A DNA stretch of 64,000 nucleotides from the human T2T-CHM13v2.0 reference genome, Homo sapiens: NCBI GenBank assembly GCA_009914755.4, contig CP068257.2:1152001-1216000 (forward strand), read 5' to 3'. The position numbers and the translations under genes were made by a program. Each line of letters begins with the position of its first letter. The stretch's first letter is position 1. Below the pieces are notes generated by a model that was not told the DNA's origin, ran no database searches, and saw only the letters and a list, made by a program, of their open reading frames with translations. This document shows, piece after piece, positions 43,456-58,319 of this stretch.

Positions 43456-45092
43456 ATGGAATGGAATGGAATAAATCCGGGTGGAGTGGAATGGAATGAA
43501 ATGAAGTGGAATGCAATGGAATTTATTGGAATGGAATGGAACGGAACGGAATGGGATGGGATGGAAAGGAATGGAATGGAACTTAATCAACACGAATGGA
43601 AAGTAATGAAATGGACTGAACCCGAATGGAATGGAATGGATTGGAATGCAATGGAATGGAATCAACCGGAATGGGATGGCATGGAATGGAATTGAGTGGA
43701 ATGGAATGGAATGGAATGGAATGGAATCAAACCAAGTGCAAAGGAATGGAATGGAATGCAATGGAATCCACCCGAGTGGAATGGAATGGAATGGAATAAA
43801 ATGGAATGGAATGGAATGGAATGGAATGGAATGGAATGGAATGGAGTGTAATGGAACGGAATGGAATGGAATGGAACGGAAAGGAATGGAATGAACCCAA
43901 ATGGAATGGAATGGAATTAACCCGAATGGAATGGAATGGATTGGAATGGAATGGAATGGAATCAACCTGAGCGGAAAGGAATGGAATGGAATGGAGTGGA
44001 ATGTAATGTAATGGAATGGAATGGAAGGAATGGAATCAACACGAATGGAATGGAACGGAATGGAATGGGATGAGATGGAATGGAATGGAATGGAAGTTAA
44101 TCAACACGAATGGAATGGAACGGAATGGGATGGAATGGAATGGAATGGAATGGAATGGAAAGGAATGGAATGGAATGGAATGAAATGGAAAGGAACGGAA
44201 TGGAATCAACACGAGTGGAATGGAATGGAACGGAATGGAATCAACCCGAGTGGAATTAAATGGAATGTAATGCAATGGGATGGAGGGGAATCAACCCGAG
44301 TGGAATGGAATGGAATGGAATGGAATGGAATGGAATGGAATGGAATGGAATGAAATGAAATGGAATGGATCAGAATGGAATCCAAGGGAATCAACTGGAA
44401 TGGAATGGAATGGAATGGAATGGAATAAATCCGGTGGGAGTGGAATGGAATGTAATGAAGTGGAATGTAATGGAATTTTGTGGAATGGAATGGAATGGAA
44501 TGCAATGGAATGGAATGAAATGGATTGGATCGGAATGGAATCCATTGGAATCAATTGGAATGGAATGGAAAGGAATGGAATGGAATGGAGTGGAATGGAA
44601 TGGAACGGAATGGAATGGAATGGAATGGAATGGAATGGAATAAATCCGGGTGGAGTGGAATGGAATGAAATGGAGTGGAATGGAATGGAATTTGGTGGAA
44701 TGGAATGGAATGGAATAGAATGGAATGGAATGGAATTGAATCAACCCGAATGGAATGGAACGGAATGGAATGGAAAGGAATGTTATGGAATGGAATGGAA
44801 TCAACACGAATAGGATGGCATTGAATTGAATGGAAAGGAATTTAATCGAATGGAATGGAATGGAATGGAATGGAATGGAATGGAATCAACCCAAGTGCAA
44901 TGGAATGGAATGGAATGCAATGGAATCCAACCGAGTGGAAATGAATGGAATGGAATGGAATGGAATGGAATGGAATAGAGTGGAATCGAACGGAATGGAG
45001 TGGAATGCAATAAACACCAGGGGAATGAAATGGATTGGAATGAAATGTAATGTAATGTAATGGAATGGAATGGAATGGAATGGAATTGAATG

Positions 45093-47150
45093 GAATGAAA
45101 TCAACCCGAGTGGAATGGAACGGAATGGAATGGAATGGAAAGGAATGAATGGAATGGAATGGGGTGGAAACAACACGAGAGGAATGGAATGTAATGGAAT
45201 GGAAAGGAACGGAATGGAAAGGAATGGAATGGAATGAACCCGAATGGAATGGAATGGATTGGAATGGAATGGAATGGAATCAACCCTAGCGGAAAGGAAT
45301 GGAATGGAATGGAGTGGAATGGAATGTAATGGAATGGAATGGAATGGAATGGAGTGGAATGTAATGTAACGGAATGCAATGGAATGGAATGGAATCAACA
45401 CGAATGGAATGGAACGGCATGGAATGGGATGGGATGGAATGGAATGGAATGGAATTTAATCAACACGAATGGAATGGAAAGGAATGGAATGGAATGGCAT
45501 GGAATGGAATGGAATGGAATGGAATGGAGTAGAATGAAATAGAAAGGAAAGGAATGGAATCAACACGAGTGGAATGGAATGGAACGGAATGGAATCAACC
45601 CGAGTGGAATGAAATGGAATGTAATGCAATGGGATGGAGTGGAATCAACCCGAGTGGAATGGAATGGAATGGAATGGAATGGAATGGAATGGAATAAATC
45701 TGGGTGGAGTGGAATGGAATGTAATGGAGTGGAACGTAATGGAATTTAGTGGAATGGGATGGAATGGAATCAACACGAATGGAATGGAACGGAATGGAAT
45801 GAGATGGGATGGAGTGGAATGGAATGGAATTTAATCAACACGAATTGAATGGAACGGAATGTAATGTAATGGAATGGAATGGAATGGAATGAAATGGAAT
45901 GGAATGGAATGGAATGGAATGGAATGAAATCAACCCGAGTGGAATGGAACGGAATGGAATGGAATGGAAAGGAATGAATGGAATGGAATGGTGTGGAATC
46001 AACATGAGAGGAATGGAATGGAATGGAATGGAACGGAACGGAATGGAAAGGAATGGAATGGAATGAACCCGAATGGAATGGAATGGATTGGAATGGAATG
46101 GAATGGAATCAACCCTAGCGGAAAGGAATGGAATGGAATGGAGTGGAATGGAATGTAATGGAATGGAATGGAATGGAATGGAGTGGAATGGAATGTAACG
46201 GAATGCAATGGAATGGAATGGAATCAACACGAATGGAATGAAACGGCATGGAATGGGATGGGATGGAATGGAATGGAATGGAATTTAATCAACACGAATG
46301 GAATGGAAAGGAATGGAATGGAATGGCATGGAATGGAATGGAATGGAATGGAATGGAGTAGAATGAAATAGAAAGGAAAGGAATGGAATCAACACGAGTG
46401 GAATGGAATGGAACGGAATGGAATCAACCCGAGTGGAATGAAATGGAATGTAATGCAATGGGATGGAGTGGAATCAACCCGAGTGGAATGGAATGGAATG
46501 GAATGGAATGGAATGGAATGAAATGGAATAAATCTGGGTGGAGTGGAATGGAATGTAATGGAGTGGAACGTAATGGAATTTAGTGGAATGGGATGGAATG
46601 GAATCAACACGAATGGAATGGAACGGAATGGAATGAGATGGGATGGAGTGGAATGGAATGGAATTTAATCAACACGAATTGAATGGAACGGAATGTAATG
46701 GAATGGAATGGAATGGAATGGAATGAAATGGAATGGAATGGAATGGAATGGAATGGAATGAAATCAACCCGAGTGGAATGGAACGGAATGGAATGGAATG
46801 GAAAGGAATGAATGGAATGGAATGGTGTGGAATCAACATGAGAGGAATGGAATGGAATGGAATGGAACGGAACGGAATGGAAAGGAATGGAATGGAATGA
46901 ACGTGAATGGAATGGAATGGATTGGAATGGAATGGAATGGAATCAACCCGAGCGGAAAGGAATGGAATGGAATGGAGTGGAATGGAATGGAATGGAATGG
47001 AATGGAGTGGAATGGAATGGAATGGAATGGAATGGAATGGAATGCAATGGAATCAACACGAATGGAATGGAACGGAACGGAATGGGATGGGATGGAATGG
47101 AATGGAATGGAACTTAATCAACACGAATGGAAAGTAATGGAATGGAATGC
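45093..47150 (+). repeat. About 830-bp unit in tandem, roughly 2.5 copies (45093-45922, 45923-46755, 46756-about 47150); copies 2 and 3 are nearly identical and copy 1 is more diverged
   Basis: gaatgaaatcaacccgagtggaatggaacgg recurs at 45093, 45923 and 46756. ORF 45339..45542 matches 46168..46371 with 2 aa differences at a shift of 829. The 45421.. and 46250.. stretches read identically over several hundred bp. Confidence 0.7.
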
Positions 47151-49150
47151 ACCCGAATGGAATGGAATGAACCCGAATGGAATGGAATGGATTGGAATGC
47201 AATGGAATGGAATCAACCTGAGAGGAAAGGAATGGAATGGAATGGAGTGGAATGGAATGGAATGAACCCGAATTGAATGGAATGGATTGGAATGGAATGG
47301 AATGGAAACAACCCGAGCTTAAAGGAATGGAATGGAATGGAGTGGAATGGAAAGTAATGGAATGGAATGGAATGGAATGGAATCAACACTAATGGAATGG
47401 AACGGAATGGAATGGGATGGGATGGAATGGAATGGAATGGAAGTTAATCAACACGAATGGAATGGAACAGAATGGAATGGAATGGAATGGAATGGAATGA
47501 AATGGAATGGAATGGAATGAAATGAAAGGGAAAGGAACGGAATGGAATCAACACGAGTGGAATGCAATGGAACGGAATGGAATCAACCCGAGTGGAATGA
47601 AATGGAATGTAATGCAAAGGGATGGAGGGGAATCAACACGAGTGGAATGGAATGGAATGGAATGCAATGGAATGGAATGGAATGGAATGGAATGAAATGG
47701 ATTGGATTGGAATGGAATACAATGGAATCAACTGGAATGGAATGAAATGCAATGCAATGGAAGGGAATGGAATGGAATGGAATAAATCCGGTTGGAGTGG
47801 AATGCAATGTAATGGAGTGGAATGGAATGGAATTTAGTGGAATGGAATGGAATGGAATGGAATGGAATGGAATGGACCCGAATGGAATGGAATGGATTGG
47901 AATGGAATGGAATGGAATCAACCCGCGCGGAAAGGAATTGAATGGAATGGAGTGGAATGGAATATAATGGAATGGAATGGAAAGGAATGGAATCAACACG
48001 AATGGAATGGAACGGAATGGAATGAGTTGGGATGGAATGGAATGGAATGGAAGTTAATCAACAGGAATGGAATGCAACGGAATGGAATGGAATGGAATGG
48101 AATGAACCCGAATGGAATTGAATGGATTGGAATGCAATGGAATGGAATCAACCCGAGCGGAAAGGATTCGAATGGAATGGAGTGGAATGTAATGTAATGT
48201 AATGGAATGGAATGGAATCAACACGAATGGAATGGAACGGAATGGAATGGTATGGGATGGAATGGAATGGAATGGAAGTTAATCAACACGAATGGAGTGG
48301 AATGGAATGGAATGGAATGGAATGGAATGGAATGGAATGGAATGAAATGGAAAGGAACGGAATGGAATCAACACGAGTGGAATGGAATGGAACGGAATGG
48401 AATCAACCCGAGTGGAATGAAATGGAATGTAGTGCAATGGGATGGAGTGGAATCAACCCGAGTGGAATGGAATGGAATGGAATGGAATGGAATGGAATGG
48501 AATGGAATGGAATGGAATGAAATGGATTGGATCGGAATGGAATCCAATCGAATTAACTGGAATGGAATGGAATGGAATGGAATGGAATAAATCCGGGTGG
48601 AGTGGAATGGAATGTAATGGAGTGGAATGGAATGGAATTTTGTGGGATGGAATGGAATGGAATGGAATGCAATGGAATGGAATCAACCGGAATGGGATGG
48701 CATGGAATGGAATTGAGTGGAATGGAATGGAATGGAATGGAATGGAATGGAATCAAACCAAGTGCGATGGAATGGAATGGAATGCAGTGGAATCCACCTG
48801 AGTGGAATGGAATGGAATGGAATGGAATGGAATGGAGTGGAATGGAACGGAATGGAATGGAATGGAACGGAATAGAATGGAACAAACCCAAATGGAATGG
48901 AATGGAATTAACCCGAATGGAATGGAATGGATTGGAATGGAATGGAATGGAATCAACCTGAGCGGAAAGGAATGGAATGGAATGGAGTGGAATGTAATGG
49001 AATGGAATGGAATGGAATGGAATCAACCCGAATGGAATGGAACGGAATGGAATGGAAAGGAATGGAATGGAATGGAATGAAATGGAATGGAATGGAGTGG
49101 AATCTAACGGAATGGAGTGGAATGCAATAAACACCAGGGGAATGAAATGG
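46520..49150 (+). repeat. First member of a roughly 3.92-kb-period paired block
   Basis: Matches 50440-53060 at a shift of 3898-3928: 47507..47695 versus 51430..51618, 47847..48197 versus 51745..52125, 48207..48590 versus 52130.., and 49007..49195 versus 52915... The same block family also lies inside the 6.65-kb unit at 31.9-34.3 kb. Confidence 0.7.
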
Positions 49151-50439
49151 ATTGGAATGAAATGGAATGGAATGGAATGGAATGGAATGGAATGAAAGCA
49201 ACCCGAGTGGAATTGAACGGAATGGAATGGAATGGAAAGAAAAGAATGGAAAGGAATGGGGTGGAATCAACATGAGAGGAATGGAATGCAGTGGAATGGA
49301 ATGTGATGTAATGGAAAGGAATGGAATGGAATCAACACGAATGGAATGGAACGGAATGGAATGGGATGGGATGGAATTTAATAGAATGGAAGTTAATCAA
49401 CACGAATGGAATGGAACGGAATGGAATGGAATGGAATGGAATGGAATGGAATGGAATGGAAAGGAATGAAATGGAAAGGAACGGAATGGAATCAACACAG
49501 GTGGAATGTAATGGAACGGAATGGAATCAACCCGAGTGGGATGAAATGGAATGTAATGCAATGGGATGGAGGGGAATCAACCCGAGTGGAATGGAATGGA
49601 ATGGAATGGAATGGAATGGAATGGAATGAAATAGAATGGATCCGAAAGGAATACATTGGAATCAACTGGAATGGAATGGAATGGAATGGAATGGAATGGA
49701 ATGGAATGGAATGGAATGGAATGGAATAAATCCGGGTGGAGTGGATTGGAATGTAATGGAGAGCAATGTAATGGAATTTTGTGGAATGGAATGGAATGGA
49801 ATGGAATGGAATGGAATGAAATGGATTGGATCGGGATGGAATCCAATGGAAAAAACTGGAATGGAATGGAATGGAAGGGAATGGAATGGAATGGAATAAA
49901 TCCGGGTGGAGTGGAATGGAATGGAATGGAGTGGAATATAATGGAATTTTGTGGAATGGAATGGAATGGAATGGAATGGAATGGAATGGAATGAAATGGA
50001 TTGGATCGGAATGGAATCCAATGGAATCAACAGGAATGGAATAGAATGGAATGGAATTCAATGGAATGGAATGGAATAAATCCGGGTGGAGTGGAATGGA
50101 ATGAAATGGAGTGGAATGGAATGGAATTTAGTGGAATGGAATGGAATGGAATGGAATGGAATGGAATGGAATGGAATCAACCCGAATGGAATGGAACGCA
50201 ATGGAATGGAAAGGAATGGAATGGAATGGAATGGAATGGAATGGAATGGAATGGAATGGAATCAACACAAATGGGTTGGCATGGAATTGAATGGAATGGA
50301 ATGGAATGGAATGGAATGGAATGGAATGGAATGGAATGGAATGGAGTGGAATGGAATGAAATGGAGTGGAATGCAATAAACACCAGGGGAATGAAATGCA
50401 TTGGAATGAAATGGAATGGAATGGAATGGAATGGAATGG

Positions 50440-53060
50440 AATGGAATGGAATGGAATAAATCCGGGTGGAGTGGAATGGAATGTAATGGAGTGGAATGTA
50501 ATGGAATTTAGTGGAATGGGATGGAATGGAATCAACACGAATGGAATGGAACGGAATGGAATGAGATGGGATGGAATGGAATGGAATGGAAGTTAATCAA
50601 CACGAATTGAATGGAACGGAATGCAATGGAATGGAATGGAATGGAATGGAATGGAATGGAATGGAATGGAATGGAATGAAATCAACCCGAGTGGAATGGA
50701 ACGGAATGGAATGGAATGGAAAGGAATGAATGGAATGGAATGGTGTGGAATCAACATGAGAGGAATGGAATGGAATGGAATGGAATGGAACGGAACGGAA
50801 TGGAAAGGAATGGAATGGAATGAACGTGAATGGAATGGAATGGATTGGAATGGAAAGGAATGGAATCAACCCGAGTGGAAAGGAATGGAATGGAATGGAG
50901 TGGAATGGAATGGAATGGAATGGAATGGAGTGGAATGGAATGGAATGGAATGGAATGGAATGGAATGGAATGGAATCAACACGAATGGAATGGAACGGAA
51001 CGGAATGGGATGGGATGGAATGGAATGGAATGGAACTTAATCAACACGAATGGAAAGTAATGGAATGCAATGCACCCGAATGGAATGGAATGAACCCGAA
51101 TGGAATGGAATGGATTGGAATGCAATGGAATGGAATCAACCTGAGAGGAAAGGAATGGAATGGAATGGAGTGGAATGGAATGGAATGAACCCGAATTGAA
51201 TGGAATGGATTGGAATGGAATGGAATGGAATCAACCCGAGCTTAAAGGAATGGAACGGAATGGAGTGGAATGGAATGTAACGGAATGGAATGGAATGGAA
51301 TGGAATCAACACTAATGGAATGGAACGGAATGGAATGGGATGGGATGGAATGGAATGGAATGGAAGTTAATCAACACGAATGGAATGGAACAGAATGGAA
51401 TGGAATGGAATGGAATGGAATGAAATGGAATGGAATGGAATGAAATGAAAGGGAAAGGAACGGAATGGAATCAACACGAGTGGAATGCAATGGAAGGGAA
51501 TGGAATCAACCAGAGTGGAATGAAATGGAATGTAATGCAAAGGGATGTAGGGGAATCAACACGAGTGGAATGGAATGGAATGGAATGCAATGGAATGGAA
51601 TGGAATGGAATGGAATGAAATGGATTGGATTGGAATGGAATACAATGGAATCAACTGGAATGGAATGAAATGCAATGCAATGGAAGGGAATGGAATGGAA
51701 TGGAATAAATCCGGTTGGAGTGGAATGCAATGTAATGGAGTGGAATGGAATGGAATTTAGTGGAATGGAATGGAATGGAATGGAATGGATTGGAATGGAA
51801 TGGACCCGAATGGAATGGAATGGATTGGAATGGAATGGAATGGAATCAACCCGAGCGGAAAGGAATTGAATGGAATGGAGTGGAAAGGAATATAATGGAA
51901 TGGAATGGAAAGGAATGGAATCAACACGAATGGAATGGAACGGAATGGAATGAGATGGGATGGAATGGAATGGAATGGAAGTTAATCAACAGGAATGGAA
52001 TGCAACGGAATGGAATGGAATGGAATGGAATGAACCCGAATGGAATTGAATGGATTGGAATGCAATGGAATGCAATCAACCCGAGCGGAAAGGATTCGAA
52101 TGGAATGGAGTGGAATGTAATGTAATGTAATGGAATGGAATGGAATGGAATCAACACGAATGGAATGGAACGGAATGGAATGGTATGGGATGGAATGGAA
52201 TGGAATGGAAGTTAATCAACACGAATGGAGTGGAATGGAATGGAATGGAATGGAATGGAATGGAATGAAATGGAAAGGAACGGAATGGAATCAACACGAG
52301 TGGAATGGAATGGAACGGAATGGAATCAACCCGAGTGGAATAAAATGGAATGTAGTGCAATGGGATGGAGTGGAATCAACCCGAGTGGAATGGAATGGAA
52401 TGGAATGGAATGGAATGGAAAGGAATGGAATGAAATGGATTGGATCAGAATGGAATCCAATCGAATTAACTGGAATGGAATGGAATGGAATGGAATGGAA
52501 TAAATCCGGGTGGAGTGGAATGGAATGTAATGGAGTGGAATGGAATGGAATTTTGTGGGATGGAATGGAATGGAATGGAATGCAATGGAATGGAATCAAC
52601 CGGAATGGGATGGCATGGAATGGAATTGAGTGGAATGGAATGGAATGGAATGGAATGGAATCAAACCAAGTGCAATGGAATGGAATGGAATGGAATGGAA
52701 TCCACCTGAGTGTAATGGAATGGAATGGAATGGAATGGAATGGAGTGGAATGGAACGGAATGGAATGGAATGGAACGGAATAGAATGGAACGAACCCGAA
52801 TGGAATGGAATGGAATTAACCCGAATGTAATGGAATGGATTGGAATGGAATGCAATGGAATCAACCTGAGCGGAAAGGAATGGAATGGAATGGAGTGGAA
52901 TGTAATGTAATGGAATGGAATGGAATGGAATCAACCCGAATGGAATGCAACGGAATGGAATGGAAAGGAATGGAATGGAATGGAATGAAATGGAATGGAA
53001 TGGAGTGGAATCTAACGGAATGGAGTGGAATGCAATAAACAACAGGGGAATGAAATGGAT
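50440..53060 (+). repeat. Second member of the roughly 3.92-kb paired block (about 95% identity to 46.5-49.15 kb)
   Basis: See the first member. The two diverge after the KWIGM-encoding segment near 49150 and 53060. Confidence 0.7.
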
Positions 53061-54649
53061 TGGAATGGAATGGAATGGAATGGAATGGAATGAACCCGAA
53101 TGGAATGGAATGGATTGGAATGGAATGGAATGGAATCAACCTGAGCGGAGAGGATTGGAATGGAATGGAGTGGAATGGAATGTAGTGGAATGGAATGTAA
53201 CGGAATGGAATCAACACGAATGGAATGGAACGGAATGGAATGGAATGGAATGGAATGGAATGGAATGGAATGGAAGTTAATCAACACGATTAGAATGGAA
53301 TGGAATGGAATGGAATGGAATGGAATGGAATGGAATGGAGTGGAATAGAACGGAATGGAGTGGAATGCAATAAACACCAGGGGAATGAAATGCATTGGAA
53401 TGAAATGGAATGGAATGGAATGGAATGGAATGGAATGGAATGGAATGAAATCAACCCGAGTGGAATGAAATGGAATGTAGTGCAATGGGATGGAGGGGAA
53501 TCAACCCGAGTGGAGTTGAATGGAATGGAATGGAATGGAATGGAATGAAATGGAATGGATCGGAATGGAACCCAATGGAATCAACTGGAATGGAATGGAA
53601 TGGAATGGAATGGAATGGAATGGAATGGAATGGAAAGGAATGGAATGGAATCAACCAGAATGGGATGGCATGGAATGGAATTGAGTTGAATGGAATGGAA
53701 TGGAATGGAATGGAATCAAAACAAGTGCAATGGAATGGATTGGAATGCAATGGAATCCACCCGAGTGGAATGGAATGGAATGGAATGGAATGGAATGGAA
53801 TGGAATGGAGTGGAATGGAACGGAATGGAGTGGAATGGAACGGAATGGAGTGGAATGGAATAAACACCAGGGGAATGAAATGGATTGGAATGGAATGGAA
53901 TGGAATGGAATGGAATGGAATGAAATCAACCCGAGTGGAATGGAACGGAATGGAATGGAAGGGAAAGGAATGAATGGAATGGTATGGTGTGGAATCAACA
54001 CGAGAGGAATGGAATGGAATGGAATGGAACGGAACGGAATGGAAAGGAATGGAATGGAATGAAAGCAAATGGAATGGAATGGATTGGAATGGAATGGAAT
54101 GGAATCAACCCGAGCGGAAAGGAATGGAATGGAATGGAGTGGAATGGAATGGAATGGAATGGAATGGAATGGAATGGAATGGAATGGAATCAACAAGAAT
54201 GGAATGGAACGGAACGGAATGGGATGGGATGGAATGGAATGGAATGGAACTTAATCAACACGAATGGAAAGTAATGAAATGGAATGAACCCGAATTGAAT
54301 GGAATGGATTGGAATGCAATGGAATGGAATCAACCTCAGAGGAAAGGAATGGAATGGAATGGAGTGGAATGGAATGGAATGGAATGGAATGGAATGGAAT
54401 CAACACGAATGGAATGGAATGGAATGGAATGGAATGGGATGGAATAGAATGGAATGGAAGTTAATCAAAACGAATGGAATGGAACGGAATGGAATGGAAT
54501 GGAATGGAATGAACCCGAATTGAATAGAATGGATTGGAATGGAATGGAATGGAATCAACCCGAGAGGAAAGGAATGGAATGGAATGGAGTGGAATGGAAT
54601 GTAATGGAATGGAATGGAATCAACATGAATGGAATGGAACGGAATGGAA

Positions 54650-56790
54650 TGGGATGGGATGGAATGGAATGGAATGGAAGTTAATCAACACGAATGGAAT
54701 GGAACAGAATGGAATGGAATGGAATAGAATGAAATGAAAGGGAAAGGAACGGAATGGAATCAACACGAGTGGAATGGAATGGAAAAGAATGGAATCAACC
54801 CGAGTGGAATGAAATGGAATGTAATGCAATGGGATGGAGGGGAATCAACACGAGTGGAATGGAATGGAACGGAATGGAATGGATTGGAATGGAATGGAAT
54901 GAAATGGAATGGATCGGAATGGAATCCAATGGAATCAACTGGAATGGAATGGAATGGAATGGAATGGAATGGAATGGAATGGAATGGAATAAATCCGGGT
55001 GTAGTGGAATGGAATGGAATGGAGTGGAATGTAATGGAATTTTGTGGAATGGAATGGAATGGAATGGAATGGAATGGAATGGAATGGAATGGAATGGAAT
55101 CCAGTGGAATCAACTGGAATGGAATGGAATGGAAGGGAATGGAATGGAATGGAATAAATCCGGGTGGAGTGGAATGGAAAGTAATGGAGTGGAATGTAAT
55201 GGAGTTTAGTGGAATGGAATGGAATGGAATGGAATGGAATGGAATGGAATGAAATGGATTGGAAAGGAAAGGAATCCAATGGAATCAACTGGAATGGAAT
55301 GGAATGGAATGGAATGGAATGGAATAAATACGGGTGGAGTGGAATGGAATGGAATGGAGTGGAGTGGAATGGAATGGAATGGAGTGGAATGGAATGGAAT
55401 TTAGTTTGATGGAATGGAATGGAATGGAATGCAATGGAATGGAATGGAATGGAATGGAATCAACCGGAATGGGATGGCATGGAATGGAATTGAGTGGAAT
55501 GGAATGGAATGGAATGGAAAGGAATCAAACCCAGTGCAATGAAATGGAATGGAATGGAATGGAATGAAATGGAATGGAATGGAATGGAATGGAATGGAAT
55601 GGAATGGAATGGAATGGAATGAAATGGAATGGAATGGAATGGAATGGAATGAAATGGAATGGAATGGAATGGAATGGAATGGAATGGAATGGAATCAACC
55701 CGAATGGAATGGAACGGAAAGGAATGGAAAGGAATGGAATGGAATGGAATGGAATGGAATGGAATGGAATGGAATCAACATGAATGGAATGGAACGGAAC
55801 GGAATGGGATGGGATGGAATGGAATGGAATGGAAGTTAATCAACACGAATGGAATGGAACAGAATGGAATGGAATGGGATGGGGTGGAATGGAATGGAAT
55901 GGAAGTTAATCAACACGAATGGAATGGAACAGAATGGAATGGAATGGAATAGAATGAAATGAAAGGGAAAGGAACGGAATGGAATCAACACGAGTGGAAT
56001 GGAATGGAAAAGAATGGAATCAACCCGAGTGGAATGAAATGGAATGTAATGCAATGGGATGGAGGGGAATCAACACGAGTGGAATGGAATGGAATGGAAT
56101 GGAATGGATTGGAATGGAATGGAATGAAATGGAATGGATCGGAATGGAATCCAATGGAATCAACTGGAATGGAATGGAATGGAATGGAATGGAATGGAAT
56201 GGAATGGAATGGAATGGAATGGAATGGAATAAATCCGGGTGGAGTGGAATGGAATGGAATGGAGTGGAATGTAATGGAATTTTGTGGAATGGAATGGAAT
56301 GGAATGGAATGGAATGGAATGAAATGGATTGGATCGGGATGGAATCCAGTGGAATCAACTGGAATGGAATGGAATGGAAGGGAATGGAATGGAATGGAAT
56401 AAATCCGGGTGGAGTGGAATGGAAAGTAATGGAGTGGAATGTAATGGAGTTTAGTGGAATGGAATGGAATGGAATGGAATGGAATGGAATGGAATGGAAT
56501 GGAATGGAATGAAATGGATTGGATAGGAAAGGAATCCAATGGAATCAACTGGAATGGAATGGAATGGAATGGAATGGAATGGAATAAATACGGGTGGAGT
56601 GGAATGGAATGGAATGGAGTGGAATGGAATGGAATTTAGTTTGATGGAATGGAATGGAATGGAATGCAATGGAATGGAATGGAATGGAATGGAATCAACC
56701 GGAATGGGATGGCATGGAATGGAATTGAGTGGAATGGAATGGAATGGAATGGAAAGGAATCAAACCAAGTGCAATGAAATGGAATGGAAT
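54650..56790 (+). repeat. Imperfect tandem duplication of about 1.2 kb (54650-55560 matches 55875-56790)
   Basis: On the - strand, 54620..54829 matches 55836..56054 at a shift of 1225. On the + strand, 54734..55252 matches 55959..56402 and 55334..55567 matches 56539... The copies diverge after the NQTQCNEMEW / NQTKCNEMEW segment. Confidence 0.6.
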
Positions 56791-58319
56791 GCAATGGAAT
56801 CCACCCGAGTGGAATGGAATGGAATGGAATGGAATGGAATGGAATGGAGTGGAATAGAAAGGAATGGAGTGGAATGGAATAAACACCAGGGGAATGAAAT
56901 GGATTGGAATGAAATGGAATGGAATGGAATGGAATGGAATGAAATCAACCCAAGTGGAATGGAACGGAATGGAATGGAAAGGAATGTAATAGAATGAAAT
57001 GGCAAGGAATGGAATGGAATCAACCCAAATGGGATGGCATGGAATGGAATTGAATGGAATGGAATGGAATGGAATGGAATCAACCCAAGTGCAATGGAAT
57101 GGAAAGGAATGCAATGGAATCTACCCGAGTGGAATGGAATGGAATGGAATGGAATGGAATGGAATGGAATGGAATGGAGTGGAATAGAAAGGAATGGAGT
57201 GGAATGGAATAAACACCAGGGGAATGAAATGGATTGGAATGAAATGGAATGGAATGGAATGGAATGGAATGAAATCAACCCGAGTGGAATGGAACGGAAT
57301 GGAATGGAATGGATAGGAATTAATGGAATGGAATGGGGTGAAATCAACACGAGAGGAATGGAATGGAATGGAATGGAATGGAATGGAATGGAATGGAATG
57401 AACCCGAATGGAATGGAATGGATTGGAATGGAATGGAATGGAATCAACCCGAGCAGAAAGGAATGGAATGGAATGGAGTGGAATGGAATGGAATGGAATG
57501 GAAGTTAATCAACACGAATTGAATGGAACGGAATGCAATGGGATGGGTTGGAATGGAATGGAAAGAAATTTAATCAACACGAATGGAATGGAAAGGAATG
57601 GAATGGAATGGCATGGAATGGAATGGAATGGAATGGAATGGAATAGAATGAAATAGAAAGCAAAGGAATGGAATCAACACGAGTGGAATAGAATGGAACG
57701 GAATGGAATTAACCCGAGTGGAATGAAATGGAATGTAAAGCAATGGGATGGAGTGGAATCAACCCGAGTGGAATGGAATGGAATGGAATAAATCCGGGTG
57801 GAGTGCAATGGAATGTAATGGAGTGGAATGTAAAGGAATTTAGTGGAATGGAATGGAATGGAATCAACACGAATGGAATGGAACGGAAAGGAATGAGATG
57901 GGATGGAATGGAATGGAATGGAAGTTAATCAACACGAATTGAATGGAACGGAATGGAATGGAATGGAATGGAATGGAATGAAATGGAATGGAATGGAATG
58001 GAATGGAATGGAATGGAATGAAATGGAATGGAATGGAATGGAATGGAATGGAATGAAATCAACCCGAGTGGAATGGAACGGAATGGAATGGAAAGGAAAG
58101 GAATGAATGGAATGGAATGGTGTGGAATCAACACGAGAGGAACGGAATGGAACGGAAAGGAACGGAACGGAATGGAAAGGAATGGAATGGAATGAACGCG
58201 AATGGAATGGAATGGATTGGAATGGAAAGGAATGGAATCAACCCGAGCGGAAAGGAATGGAATGGAATGGACTGGAATGGAATGGAATGGAATGGAATGG
58301 AATGGAATGGAATGGAATC

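Noticed and set aside
55560-55700. Long near-pure (GGAAT)n / (GAAAT) run considered as a possible distinct simple-repeat insertion
   Set aside because: It is continuous with the surrounding satellite and differs only by the usual one-base pentamer variants, so no boundary or distinct feature can be drawn.
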